From: Deltaproteobacteria bacterium
GTDB taxonomy: Bacteria; Myxococcota_A; Polyangia; Fen-1088
DNA: 64,000 bases
NCBI GenBank assembly: GCA_033763315.1
Contig: JANRKS010000040.1
Coordinates: 96,001-160,000 of the forward strand
Reading direction: 5' to 3'
Positions 27,984 through 37,875 of the stretch are shown piece after piece (within the stretch, counting starts at the first letter, position 1; each line of letters begins with the position of its first letter). Position numbers and translations under genes: made by a program. The notes under the pieces were generated by a model. The model was not told the origin of the DNA, ran no database searches, and saw only the letters and a program-made list of their open reading frames with translations.

Positions 27984-29405
27984 ATGTTCACGCGCAAGCG
28001 TATGTATTCGCCCGTCGTGGGCCGTCCCATTGGCCTGACTTCACATGCCCCGCGGTGTTTGCAAGGAGCGTTTTGGCTAGGCATGGTCGTCTTCGTTTTT
28101 ACGCAGGTCCCTGCCGCTCGGGCGCAGACGGTCTGCCCTCCTGCAAGCAGCGACGCTTTTGCGTTTGCTTCCACGCAAAAACAAACGACCAGTTTGCAAT
28201 TGGAGCCACAGGGTCAAAACAGTCATCGCCTGCGCTGGCCGCAGGTGCCTGCCCTCACAGACAGTGGTCTGTTGTTCTTGAACCTTCGAAGCGAAGGCAC
28301 ATCAGCCCCGATGGTGCGGCTGACCCACGCGCAAACCACGTCCGTGCAGACCCTGAATCCCGGCGCGGCAGGCACGAGGGCCATCAACGTGTCCGCCTTT
28401 GCAGGTCTACAAGCGAACGATGAGATCGCCATCACGCTGACGAACGCCACGCTCACGTCTTCATCGGCAACTCTCATTGTGTTTGCCAACAGGCTGCCAC
28501 TGACGCGGCCCCTTCTGGTGGTGGCGCCTCACCCTGATGATGCCGAAATCGCGGCGTTTGGGCTTTATGCCGATCGCAAGACCACCGTTGTGACCGTCAC
28601 AGCGGGCAACGCCGGTGAATTTAACTACTGCCAAACCGAACCTGATCCCGCCGCGCATTACCGCTTGAAAGGCGAACTGCGAGCCATCGACAGCGTCACC
28701 GTGCCTTGGCAAGGCGGCGTCTCCGTGTTTCGTGCGTTCAACCTCGGCTATTTCGACGGCCGGCTCAAAGCAATGTTCGACGCACCGAAAGAGCCCGCCA
28801 AAGAGCTCTTCGTTGACAACGACGATGTGTGGCCGTATCGACGCATGAACCAAGCGGCCTTATTGCCGATCGCGAGGCGTAAAGCCACATGGAGCAACCT
28901 GGTCGCTGATTTGCGTGCCGTGTTGCGCAAGGTGCGGCCCGCGATTGTGGTGGCGCCCGATCCGCGCCTCGATCATCACAAGGATCACCAGATGACGACG
29001 GTGGCGCTGTGGCAAGCGCTACAGGCGACGAATTCGCGCCCCGTGATCCTGCTTTACAGCAACCACGCCGAGGCGGATCGTTTTCCGTGGGGTGGAAGCG
29101 GTGAAGATATGCCGCCCGTGCCTTGGTGTGGTCCACCTTTACAGGCGCTTGGGTTTTACGCGCATCCGTTGGATGCGGCCTTGCGAAAGCGCAAGCTGTT
29201 GGCGCTGGAATCGATGCACGACTTGCGGTTGCCGCCCGCGGGACAATACGATTTTCACGCCGCGGCTGATGACCGCTGCCAAACACGCCCCGGCCTTCCG
29301 TTGGCAGAAGACACGTACCTGCGTCGAGCGGTGCGAACGCACGAAGTTTTTCTCACCACTGACAAGCCAGGCTTGCAGGCTTTGGTGCAAGGGTTCCTTC
29401 AGTGA
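27984..29405 (+). CDS. PIG-L/LmbE family de-N-acetylase, probably exported
   Basis: APHPDDAE and DHHKDH metal-binding motifs; signal-like segment ending PAARAQ. True start may be further downstream. Confidence 0.85.
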   Translation: MFTRKRMYSPVVGRPIGLTSHAPRCLQGAFWLGMVVFVFTQVPAARAQTVCPPASSDAFAFASTQKQTTSLQLEPQGQNSHRLRWPQVPALTDSGLLFLNLRSEGTSAPMVRLTHAQTTSVQTLNPGAAGTRAINVSAFAGLQANDEIAITLTNATLTSSSATLIVFANRLPLTRPLLVVAPHPDDAEIAAFGLYADRKTTVVTVTAGNAGEFNYCQTEPDPAAHYRLKGELRAIDSVTVPWQGGVSVFRAFNLGYFDGRLKAMFDAPKEPAKELFVDNDDVWPYRRMNQAALLPIARRKATWSNLVADLRAVLRKVRPAIVVAPDPRLDHHKDHQMTTVALWQALQATNSRPVILLYSNHAEADRFPWGGSGEDMPPVPWCGPPLQALGFYAHPLDAALRKRKLLALESMHDLRLPPAGQYDFHAAADDRCQTRPGLPLAEDTYLRRAVRTHEVFLTTDKPGLQALVQGFLQ

Positions 29406-31615
29406 ACAAGCTGAAGTCGGCGTGGCCCCGGCTCGTTGCTGGCGTGGTCTTCTGCGGCTTGCTCACCGTTTTGGTGGCCATCACCAGCGTCACCGGCCGG
29501 GTGGCCGCCGCTTGGTATCGCCCCCCGGCCAACGCATCTCGAGCGCTGTGGTTTGCAGCCGCCTTGTGGCGCGACGTCGGCAGTGCCATGCCGGTCGCGG
29601 CCCTGCTCACCACCGTGTTGTTGATTCCCGTGCTGCTTGCCAACCGGCGGAACAGGATTCCCACGCGTGGCCTCGCGCTGGTGGCCATTGTTGCAGCGGC
29701 CACGATTTGGATCTCCGCGATCAGTTTCTGTGAATATTGGATCCAGCGCGGCTCCTTACCCGTGTGGCACGAGTTCATGGGGGGCATGGACGCGGCGTTC
29801 TTAAAGAGCGCGCTCGCCAATTTTCGGTACCCCCGGTATGTTTGGCCCGCGATCGTGGCGTGGCCGCTCATCGGCCTAACGATCCTGGCGGCCTTGCGTT
29901 GGGCAGCGCGCCGCGTGGCGGCGTTTCACAACGGCGGCTTCGTTGTGGGGTTCATGGCTTCGGCCGCATTGCTGTTCTTTTTCACGCACCCCGCACACAG
30001 CCCACCGCTGCCGTTGCCCAAAGCGCTGGTCGAAGCCGAAGGCGTCACGGATCCGTTCGGGCGCTTCTTCGGTAGCGCTTGGGCTGTGCTCACGGGTCAT
30101 TCCAGCGAGCCCAAGCAAATTCTGATCGAGGCGCAGATACCAGCGAACCTGCAGCCCGAAGGCGCTTCGCTGTTGGGATTGGGCTTTCATCCTTCTTCAG
30201 GCAGTTGCGCGCCACATCCGTTTTCGTCGCCGCTTGACCAAGCACCCTTGCCGGCCGTGAACGCGGCCCTGCAAGCGATCTCGCGTGAGCTGTTCACCAA
30301 CAACATCGGCAAGGATCTGTTGGTGTTTCACATTTCGCTCGAAAGCTTTCGGGGCGATGATATGGAAGCACTCAACCCTCGTGCACCGGCCGGGATCGCG
30401 CCGTTCTTCAACGGCCTTTATGCGCAAGCGGCCGCGGGCCAGGGCGGCGTGGTGGCTTCGCACAGCTTTTGGCAAGGCGGCGTGCGCACCTCGCAAGGCA
30501 TGTCGGCGTTCACGTGCGGCTTGGGGGCCTTGCCTTATGGCGTAAGCCTCGTTCGTGATCTCGGCCCTGTGCCTTTGCGTTGCCTATCAGATGTGCTTAC
30601 GGACGCGGGGTTTGGGCACACGTTCGTCTATGGTTCGCACCCTTCGTTCGATGGCATGTCGCCGTTTCTGCGTTACCACGGTTTCAGCAACTTCGTAACG
30701 CAAGACGAACTGCCAAAGCGGCTGCCGCTTGGTGAGTGGGACGCCGTATCCGATCTTGCCCTTTTCGATGAGGCCCTGCGCTTCGTGGAGCGGCAACCGC
30801 GAGCGCCTCTGTTCACACTGATGATGAGCCTCTCGAACCATTCGCCCTTCACGCCGCCGCAGGATTTGCCGCCGGTGATCAGGCCGCGGGTGAAGGCCGC
30901 GTTGGCCGCGAAGCCAAACCACGCGCGCCCCGAAGACGTTTCACGGCTTACCACGTACTCATACGCCGACTTCGCGTTGGCCGCGTTCTTCGAGAAGCTC
31001 TACGCCCATCATTTGGCCGAGCGCTCAATCGTGATCGTGCACGCCGATCACGCCACGGGTGAGCGTTACGTGTGGTCGCCCAAGCTCGGCCCCGAGTCGG
31101 AGACCGCCGAAGCCACCGCGCGCATTCCTTTTGCGATGGTGTTTCCGCCGCCGCTTGTGGCACGCGCCGCGCACCCAGTCGTGCTCACAGAACAAATTCG
31201 GCAAGCCAATGCACAAATCAATCTGGCGCCCACTTCACTCAACGATGTTCCACGTTGGGTGCTTGATTTGTTGTCGGCTCATCCAGGCCTTGCGCAGTTA
31301 GAACAGCCCTGGCGGTGGCACACGTTGGGAGGAATGACGTCGAGCACCTTGTTCGTCCCGCCGGCAGCGCACCCCGCACGGATCTATGGCATCAGCGGCA
31401 TCAATCAGTTGTTTTGGCTAAACGAGCGCGGCCAATTCATGAGTCCCGTGGAAGACGTTATGGCGGTCACCACGCAAGCCGAGGTGTTCGCTGCCACGCG
31501 GCCCCTATTTCCAGCGGCAGCGTTGTGGTCGGAGTTTCTGAAGGGCTACGCCAAGACCTGCCCTGACGAACGCCACATCCGCCGCATAGGAGCGCCCGCG
31601 AACGGCACCAAATGA
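29402..31615 (+). CDS. LTA synthase/MdoB-like membrane phosphotransferase (alkaline phosphatase superfamily)
   Basis: About 5 N-terminal TMs, SLESF, RTSQG catalytic Thr, SNHSPF, ADH. GTGA overlap with the PIG-L gene. Confidence 0.8.
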   Translation: MNKLKSAWPRLVAGVVFCGLLTVLVAITSVTGRVAAAWYRPPANASRALWFAAALWRDVGSAMPVAALLTTVLLIPVLLANRRNRIPTRGLALVAIVAAATIWISAISFCEYWIQRGSLPVWHEFMGGMDAAFLKSALANFRYPRYVWPAIVAWPLIGLTILAALRWAARRVAAFHNGGFVVGFMASAALLFFFTHPAHSPPLPLPKALVEAEGVTDPFGRFFGSAWAVLTGHSSEPKQILIEAQIPANLQPEGASLLGLGFHPSSGSCAPHPFSSPLDQAPLPAVNAALQAISRELFTNNIGKDLLVFHISLESFRGDDMEALNPRAPAGIAPFFNGLYAQAAAGQGGVVASHSFWQGGVRTSQGMSAFTCGLGALPYGVSLVRDLGPVPLRCLSDVLTDAGFGHTFVYGSHPSFDGMSPFLRYHGFSNFVTQDELPKRLPLGEWDAVSDLALFDEALRFVERQPRAPLFTLMMSLSNHSPFTPPQDLPPVIRPRVKAALAAKPNHARPEDVSRLTTYSYADFALAAFFEKLYAHHLAERSIVIVHADHATGERYVWSPKLGPESETAEATARIPFAMVFPPPLVARAAHPVVLTEQIRQANAQINLAPTSLNDVPRWVLDLLSAHPGLAQLEQPWRWHTLGGMTSSTLFVPPAAHPARIYGISGINQLFWLNERGQFMSPVEDVMAVTTQAEVFAATRPLFPAAALWSEFLKGYAKTCPDERHIRRIGAPANGTK

Positions 31616-31760
31616 ACCGCCGTTTGTTTCCGGAAAGCGGCCCCGCGGTGAGTTTTGCGCTGACATTCATAGCGCCCAAGGCGCTGAGAGGCGGTAAGTG
31701 GTTCTCGCTTGCCCGCCTGCTAGAGTGCGCCCGTTGGAACACCCGCCAAGATCACCACGC

Positions 31761-34700
31761 ATGACGCATCCCCGCCGCCACGTGAGCCGCCTTCTACCCC
31801 TTTACATTGCTTTGGTGTTGGCCGTGGTCAGCTCCGCGCGCGCGGCCGGTGGGCAACACCCAGACGCCGGTCCCGTGTGCGGCAATGAGTTGCGCCAACT
31901 CGAGGCCAAAGAGCAAAGCCTGCAAATCTGTTTGCGGCAACGCGCGGAGGTCGAACGCGGGGTGGCCGATTGTTCTGAGGACTTGGCCAAAGCGCAGCGC
32001 CAAACGCGCAACACGGCCGCTTTGCTTGAATCCACGAAAGATGAACGCGACGCCTTGTGCACAGCTTCGGGGGCTTTGGTGGCGTCGGTGCTCGACGCGC
32101 GCACGCCCCTGCCCGATCTCGGCAGTTGCACGTCGGAGGCGGCCGCGAATGGCCTGGAGCAACTGATTCATAGTTGGAACGAATCAAAGCTCGCGCTTTC
32201 GCAATTTGCCGGCTGGTCGTCCGGCGAAAGCGATTCGTTGCCGCGCGCGCCTGCTTTGGGCGTGGGAGCGTCGCCCGTTGTGCGACGCATTTTGGGTGGC
32301 GGACGCATCGATCCCCCCCTGCCCTACCGCCGTTTGTTGATCGAGGCCGTACGCCTCGTGGCGCCCAAACATTTGCGGCGCTTGCGCGCGGCAGGCAGCG
32401 CCACATTGGATGCGTGGTTTACGTCTTCGGCTGAACTTGAAGCGGCGTTTTTGACAGAGGCGCAGGCGGTGCTCGCCGCACGCGGCACGGGGCTCGGCCC
32501 AAGGCAAGCCGCGGCTTTGCGGTTTGTACAAAGCTTTCAGGATTTGGTGGGATGCGAAACGCACGCGTGGTTGCGCGAATGTCCGCGCGCCCGTCGTTTG
32601 CAGGCGTTTCTCGAAAGCAGCGCGCCTCTTATCGTGCGGCAACGCCTGCAGGAGATCTGGGTGCAGCCTTGCGCTGAAGTGCGCTCGAAGGTTGTGTTGT
32701 CATGGCTGCGTGAGCTCCCGTCGTCGCAAGTGTCCACCGGCGAAGCGGATTGGGATCAGATTATACAAACCGCGTACGACAAACTCGTGTCGTGCTACCT
32801 CGCCACCAATGGCCACGAACAGAAGTTTGCCGGTTGGTTTGCCGAGCGCCTGCCACAAGCGCATGTGCTCACAACCACGGGCCTGCATGATGTGGATGCC
32901 TTGCGCGCCAAGTGGGTGTCGACCAGCGCCGAAGCGGCCTGCCTTGAAACTGTGAACGCGCTACGCACATTGCAAACGCCCACGCGCTGCGCGTTGCCGG
33001 AGATGGTGGCCGAACCACTGCGGCGTTGGTTTGGTCGCGCGTCCACCGCGGCAGCGGGCGCGGATGGAACTGTGGCGCAGGCCTGCGCTCACTACGTTCG
33101 TGCCTTGTGGGACGGCAACGAAGCACGCGTGCTTGGTTCATACCCTGGCCCGCCCACAGCGGCGGCCTTGGTGCGCGTGGATCGCGAAACAGCGTTTCGC
33201 CCCATCAAGAGTTTGCGCGTGTTGTGCGACACCCGCGTGGGCGCCCCGCAGGAGTTTGTAAACGACATGCGCCGCGTGGGGGCCGTGGCTCGCGCCGCCG
33301 GCGAAGATCTCACCGAGATGCCTTGGCGTTTAAGCAACGAGGCCGAGGCCCCTGAAGAAGCCGCACGTTATCAGCAGGCATCTTCCATCGTGTCGTGGGT
33401 CGCGCGGCGCGTGCGTGGTGAAGAGCCGTGCGACGCTTTGGGCTTGGGCGCTCAAACGTGCAAGGCCTGTGAACAGGATGGTCAAAACAGCCGCTACGAT
33501 TGCGGCCTCTTGGCGTCGCTCACCGCCCGATGGTCTCGCTTTAACAACATCACGTTCGGCTTGGGCGGCCTCTTGTTGGCGCTCATCGTTCTGCTGGTGT
33601 GGAGCTTACGTTTGGCGCGCGCGTGGGCCGCGTACGGTCCTTGGCGGCGCGAACTGCGCGGCCACCTCGAAAGCATGGGACTGCCAGTGGCGCCCGACGC
33701 GCGCCGCTTGTTGTGGCCATCGCGTATGGGCACGTTGTTGGTGAACTTGCCACCCGGGCCCGCGTGGGAACGCTGGGGCACAGCCGCCGTCATCACTCGT
33801 GCCGAAAAAGGCGCTGCGGTCAGCTCACGCGATGTCACACGCGCCGCTTTGAGCGCCCGTTCGCAAGGCGCAGAGCTGGCGATGTTGTGCCATCAGGAAG
33901 GCGCCGCCCCCGATTTATCGGCGGTGCGCGCGATCTTGGATTGGGCGGCACGCGGGCCGCACAAGGCGATGCAGATCTTGCCCATCTCCGTCGAGCGCTT
34001 GCGCTGGATCCGCACGCCCGAAGATCTTTTGGATCTGATCGAGCAAACATCCTTGCGCGGCAACCCCTTCGAGGTGCGCGGGCGTCTCGTGTCTTCGAGC
34101 CAATTTTTCAACCGTGAACGTTTGGTTTCAGGCTTGATCTCGGCGTGCGAGGCTGGCCATTGGACCATCGTCACGGGCTTGCGCCGGTTCGGCAAATCAT
34201 CGTTGGCGCTGGAGGTCGCGCGACGTTTGCAAGGCGCTTATGCCTACGTTGACTTGGCCGGCTTTCACCATGAAGTGTCGTCGTCAAGCGACGCGTCTCG
34301 CGTGGCCGACGGCATCTTACGATACGTGTGCGAGCAATTCCACGGCTCGGCCCAGAAGGTTCATCAGGCCACGGATCTTCCGCCCGTTCCACAAACCGGC
34401 GACTCACTTGACGCCGGTGCCCTTTCGGTGTGGATGCGCGACATGGTCAGCGCATGCCGCAAAGCCAGCGGTGGCCGTCCTGTCACGTTGCTCTTAATCC
34501 TTGATGAGGTGGAACAAGCGATAGGCGTGGGCCCGCAGCGCATCGCAAACGCGCTGGACGTGGTGTCGGTGTTGGTGGGCCGTTTGCGTGCGGTTCTGAA
34601 CAACGCGCAGTTGTCCCAAGGCGGCGACAAAGTGGGCGTATTGTTCTGCAGCGCCTTGCACCCGTTGTTGTGGGCGCCCCTCTCAACGCTCTCGAACCAA

Positions 34701-35339
34701 TCGTTATTGGGTGCTTTTCCCAGCGTGTTTGTGCCACGTCTACCGCAAGAAGCCGCGCAGGCGATGATGCGTGGTCTGGGCGCGCGCCAAGGCGTTCGCT
34801 TCACGGACGCGGCGTTGGACTTGATCATCCGCGAAGCGCAAGGCATTCCGATCTTGGTGCGCCGCATGGGCTCTGCCGTCTTGGAGCTCTACGATCCCGA
34901 ACGCGCGCGGCAAGGCAGTTTGGGCGCCGTGGAAATCGGCATCGAAGGCGCCAGCGCCGCGGTTCGTCGCGAAGAAGAAGATGGAGCGCCGCTGCGCGTG
35001 TGGGTGGAATCGGAGATTGGCGATGCGCACAACCCCGCCGGCGTGTTGTTGCGGGCCTTAGCCGTGGCGGGGCGCATGCCGGTGGAGGATTTGCGCCGCA
35101 CCGCCGCGCAAGTCACGAAGGAACAGTTCGTCGATTCGGGCATTGCCGCCTTGTTGAGCCCCGAAGAAACCGCACGCCGCGCGGCCGAAGCCGCTGGATA
35201 CATCGTGCGCATGTTGGGCGAAATTGGCATCCTTGTACCCGAAGGCGACGAGACACAACCCGAGGCTTATTCGTTTCCCGAGTCCTTGGTTCGCCGCATT
35301 TTAGCCACGCCTCGACGCGATTCGCTGATGGGATTTTGA
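31761..35339 (+). CDS. Single-pass membrane protein: Cys-rich extracytoplasmic region plus cytoplasmic STAND-like ATPase
   Basis: Signal peptide, coiled coil, TM at about 33549-33608, NPFEVRG..FFNRE, Walker A GLRRFGKSS, Walker B LLILDEVE, GIPILVR. Confidence 0.8.
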   Translation: MTHPRRHVSRLLPLYIALVLAVVSSARAAGGQHPDAGPVCGNELRQLEAKEQSLQICLRQRAEVERGVADCSEDLAKAQRQTRNTAALLESTKDERDALCTASGALVASVLDARTPLPDLGSCTSEAAANGLEQLIHSWNESKLALSQFAGWSSGESDSLPRAPALGVGASPVVRRILGGGRIDPPLPYRRLLIEAVRLVAPKHLRRLRAAGSATLDAWFTSSAELEAAFLTEAQAVLAARGTGLGPRQAAALRFVQSFQDLVGCETHAWLRECPRARRLQAFLESSAPLIVRQRLQEIWVQPCAEVRSKVVLSWLRELPSSQVSTGEADWDQIIQTAYDKLVSCYLATNGHEQKFAGWFAERLPQAHVLTTTGLHDVDALRAKWVSTSAEAACLETVNALRTLQTPTRCALPEMVAEPLRRWFGRASTAAAGADGTVAQACAHYVRALWDGNEARVLGSYPGPPTAAALVRVDRETAFRPIKSLRVLCDTRVGAPQEFVNDMRRVGAVARAAGEDLTEMPWRLSNEAEAPEEAARYQQASSIVSWVARRVRGEEPCDALGLGAQTCKACEQDGQNSRYDCGLLASLTARWSRFNNITFGLGGLLLALIVLLVWSLRLARAWAAYGPWRRELRGHLESMGLPVAPDARRLLWPSRMGTLLVNLPPGPAWERWGTAAVITRAEKGAAVSSRDVTRAALSARSQGAELAMLCHQEGAAPDLSAVRAILDWAARGPHKAMQILPISVERLRWIRTPEDLLDLIEQTSLRGNPFEVRGRLVSSSQFFNRERLVSGLISACEAGHWTIVTGLRRFGKSSLALEVARRLQGAYAYVDLAGFHHEVSSSSDASRVADGILRYVCEQFHGSAQKVHQATDLPPVPQTGDSLDAGALSVWMRDMVSACRKASGGRPVTLLLILDEVEQAIGVGPQRIANALDVVSVLVGRLRAVLNNAQLSQGGDKVGVLFCSALHPLLWAPLSTLSNQSLLGAFPSVFVPRLPQEAAQAMMRGLGARQGVRFTDAALDLIIREAQGIPILVRRMGSAVLELYDPERARQGSLGAVEIGIEGASAAVRREEEDGAPLRVWVESEIGDAHNPAGVLLRALAVAGRMPVEDLRRTAAQVTKEQFVDSGIAALLSPEETARRAAEAAGYIVRMLGEIGILVPEGDETQPEAYSFPESLVRRILATPRRDSLMGF

Positions 35340-35344
35340 TCGCC

Positions 35345-36469
35345 ATGCAATACACAACACAAAGCTTGGCAGCCAACGATCCCCGCTGGGTCGATCGACA
35401 ACCCGGTGTGGCCGAGATTGAACGCATGTTCCCTTCGCCCGTGGCTGAGGGCAAAGGCCGCAAAGCGGTCGAGGGTGGGGTGTCGGTGGTCGCGGGCCCA
35501 GGCATGGGCAAAACCAGTTTGCTCGCGCAACTGGCCGCGAAGCTGCATCGCGATCGACGACTCATCACAGCACAGATCACAATTCCGGATGTCGGCTCAT
35601 ATGCGGACGAAGCGGGTTTCTACGCCTTCTTAGGCGAGATCGTCTTGCGGACGCGGCAATCACTTCTGCAAGCCATGCAAGGCATCACACCGCCGGCCGC
35701 ACAAGACGCTTCGTACAACGAAATCCACGCCGCTTTGCAACTTGAGCCTTCGTGGGATGTGCCTGAAACCCAGGCCATGACACCACGGGGCTTCGAACGT
35801 TTCATCGCCACGCTGGCGCAAGCCGCCTTGCACACGCCTGGTATTTGCTTGTTGTTCGATGACGTTGATAAAGTGGCGACGGCGCCTTGGAAGGGGCCGT
35901 TCATTTCGGCCCTCCGTTTCGTGTTCCAGGCCTCGTCCGGCATCACGCCCATCTACGCCCTGTGGACGCTGTTCGGCGATGAATCGCTGCCGGGCTCAAA
36001 CTATTTTCGCAACGTCACCCGTCCGGTGTTTCTTGAACCGCTATCGGCCGATGCATCAACACCGGGCTCGCGTTTCGAGCTGGTCGCTGTCGGCTTTCCC
36101 GAATTGGTGCCTAGCACACGCCTCGCCATCTCGCGTTTGGTCGGTGGGCACCCGCTGTTGTTGCAAAAGTTCTTGGCCGATCTGGCTCAACGTGTGCCTG
36201 ACGTCGACGCGCGCGCACAGCTGGGGCCGGAACACTTGGCAGCGGCCCTGGGCCCTGATGCGGTGGCAGAGCAACAGCAGCTCGTGGCAACGTTGCTGTC
36301 GATGTCAGCGCGCCTTGGCACCGCCTTGGCCGATCTTGAAGGCAAGGGCTTGCCTTACGCCAGTTTGCCGCGCGGTTTGGTGGCCTCGGGTTTTGTCGAC
36401 AAAGACGACGAGGGCTTCGCAACACTCATAGAGCGCGCGCGCGAGGTGCTGTTGCCGGGCACGCCTTAA
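35345..36469 (+). CDS. AAA_35-like/STAND P-loop ATPase
   Basis: YTTQSLAANDPRWVDR, Walker A GPGMGKTS, Walker B LLFDDVD, GGHPLL. ATG is 5 bp after the upstream stop. Confidence 0.8.
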   Translation: MQYTTQSLAANDPRWVDRQPGVAEIERMFPSPVAEGKGRKAVEGGVSVVAGPGMGKTSLLAQLAAKLHRDRRLITAQITIPDVGSYADEAGFYAFLGEIVLRTRQSLLQAMQGITPPAAQDASYNEIHAALQLEPSWDVPETQAMTPRGFERFIATLAQAALHTPGICLLFDDVDKVATAPWKGPFISALRFVFQASSGITPIYALWTLFGDESLPGSNYFRNVTRPVFLEPLSADASTPGSRFELVAVGFPELVPSTRLAISRLVGGHPLLLQKFLADLAQRVPDVDARAQLGPEHLAAALGPDAVAEQQQLVATLLSMSARLGTALADLEGKGLPYASLPRGLVASGFVDKDDEGFATLIERAREVLLPGTP

Positions 36470-37764
36470 CGCGTACCCCACTTTTCTTCGCGAACCGTGA
36501 TGATGGCGTACGGCAAGATCCAGGTCAGGCCGAGAAACGAAAACAGCGCATAGACGGCGCCCCACAGGAACCGCAGACCCTTTTGCGCGCGCAAGTAGTA
36601 AAGCGAAGCGAGGGCCGCCATCACAGCCCCGGCGGTCAGGCCCGCTGCCAACTGGGCCGGCCGGCGCAGCACGGCGCCCGGCAAAGCCACCAAACCCACG
36701 AACACGTAAATCAAGCGGAAGCTGCTGGTGAAAAACCCAAGGATCGGAAACAGGCGGTTGCCGGGACGGTATTTCGTGAACATGAACTTCGCGAAGGAGA
36801 AGCCTTCCACGACGTAGCTGCGATCCCATCGCGTCAACATGCGCGTGAGCTGCTTATAAGTTTGCGGCACCAACGTCCACACCACGGCGTTACGCTGGTA
36901 AACGGTTTCGTAACCGGCCTTCAAAACGATGTTCGTCAGTGCCTGATCTTCGCCATGGCCCACCGGGCGACCCAAGAACGATTGGTTTACCCATTCGTCC
37001 ATGTGCGGCAAGATCACCGCGCGGCGAAACGCCGAAAGCGCGCCAGGGCAAACGAACACAGCGCCGAAGGTCGACTGAGCGGCCCGCGACAGATCGAAGC
37101 TCAGTGTGAATTGAACGTCCAACATGCGGCCAATCAGGTATTGCGCGTTTAGCACCCGCACCCAACCAGCCACACCCGCCACGCGTGGGTTGGCAAACGG
37201 GGCCGCCAAGGCACGCAGCGTGTGAGGCTCTATCTCGCTGTCTGAATCGATCGTAATCACGATGTCACCACGCGCGCTCTCGAAGCCTGTACGCAGGGCC
37301 GCGCGCTTGCCTTGGTTGCCGCGGAACCGAATCAGCCGCACCACTTTCGGATAGATCTTGCGCAGCTTTTCCATGTGGAAAAACGTGTCGTCCCTAGAGC
37401 CGTCGTCCACCACAAGAATTTCAAGCTTGTCGTGAGGGTAATCGGCCTTCGCCACCGAGCGGATGCTTTGTTCAACCATCGGGCCTTCGTTGTAGGCGGG
37501 GATGATCACGGTCAGGATAGGCAGCTCCTCGTCAGGTGGCAGGGCCACGGGCCTGTATCTGAGCCACAGCGTGGTCACAAAGCACAGATGCAGGAATTCA
37601 AGCGTCACCAGGATCAAGATCGGAGACGACAAGAGCAACCGCGCTAGGCCAGCGGCACCCAGGTGCACGTTGGGCAAAAACACCAAGGCCAGCCCCAAGG
37701 CGGCCCCAAGCAACGGACACAACCCCAACAGGCGCTTGGGCAGGGGTTCAACGGGTTCCAACAT
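36466..37764 (-). CDS. Processive GT2 glycosyltransferase (hyaluronan synthase/NodC-like)
   Basis: IPAYNE, DDGS, GKR, DSDS, CPGALSAFR, GEDQ, MLTRW at the QxxRW position; flanking TMs. Confidence 0.9.
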   Translation of the reverse strand: MLEPVEPLPKRLLGLCPLLGAALGLALVFLPNVHLGAAGLARLLLSSPILILVTLEFLHLCFVTTLWLRYRPVALPPDEELPILTVIIPAYNEGPMVEQSIRSVAKADYPHDKLEILVVDDGSRDDTFFHMEKLRKIYPKVVRLIRFRGNQGKRAALRTGFESARGDIVITIDSDSEIEPHTLRALAAPFANPRVAGVAGWVRVLNAQYLIGRMLDVQFTLSFDLSRAAQSTFGAVFVCPGALSAFRRAVILPHMDEWVNQSFLGRPVGHGEDQALTNIVLKAGYETVYQRNAVVWTLVPQTYKQLTRMLTRWDRSYVVEGFSFAKFMFTKYRPGNRLFPILGFFTSSFRLIYVFVGLVALPGAVLRRPAQLAAGLTAGAVMAALASLYYLRAQKGLRFLWGAVYALFSFLGLTWILPYAIITVREEKWGTR

Positions 37765-37875
37765 ACGGCATGCATACAACGAACACGGCCACGTGCGTGA
37801 GAAACCATGCACTTTTGCGGTCCCGCAGCCCGCCGCGTCGCGGGTGCACAGCCAGCGGCCCGGCGGGGCACGGGG

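Noticed and set aside
34670-35344. N-terminal 225 aa of the 599-aa ORF
   Set aside because: Overlaps the large ATPase gene in another frame and is Arg-rich noise. The real start is probably ATG 35345.
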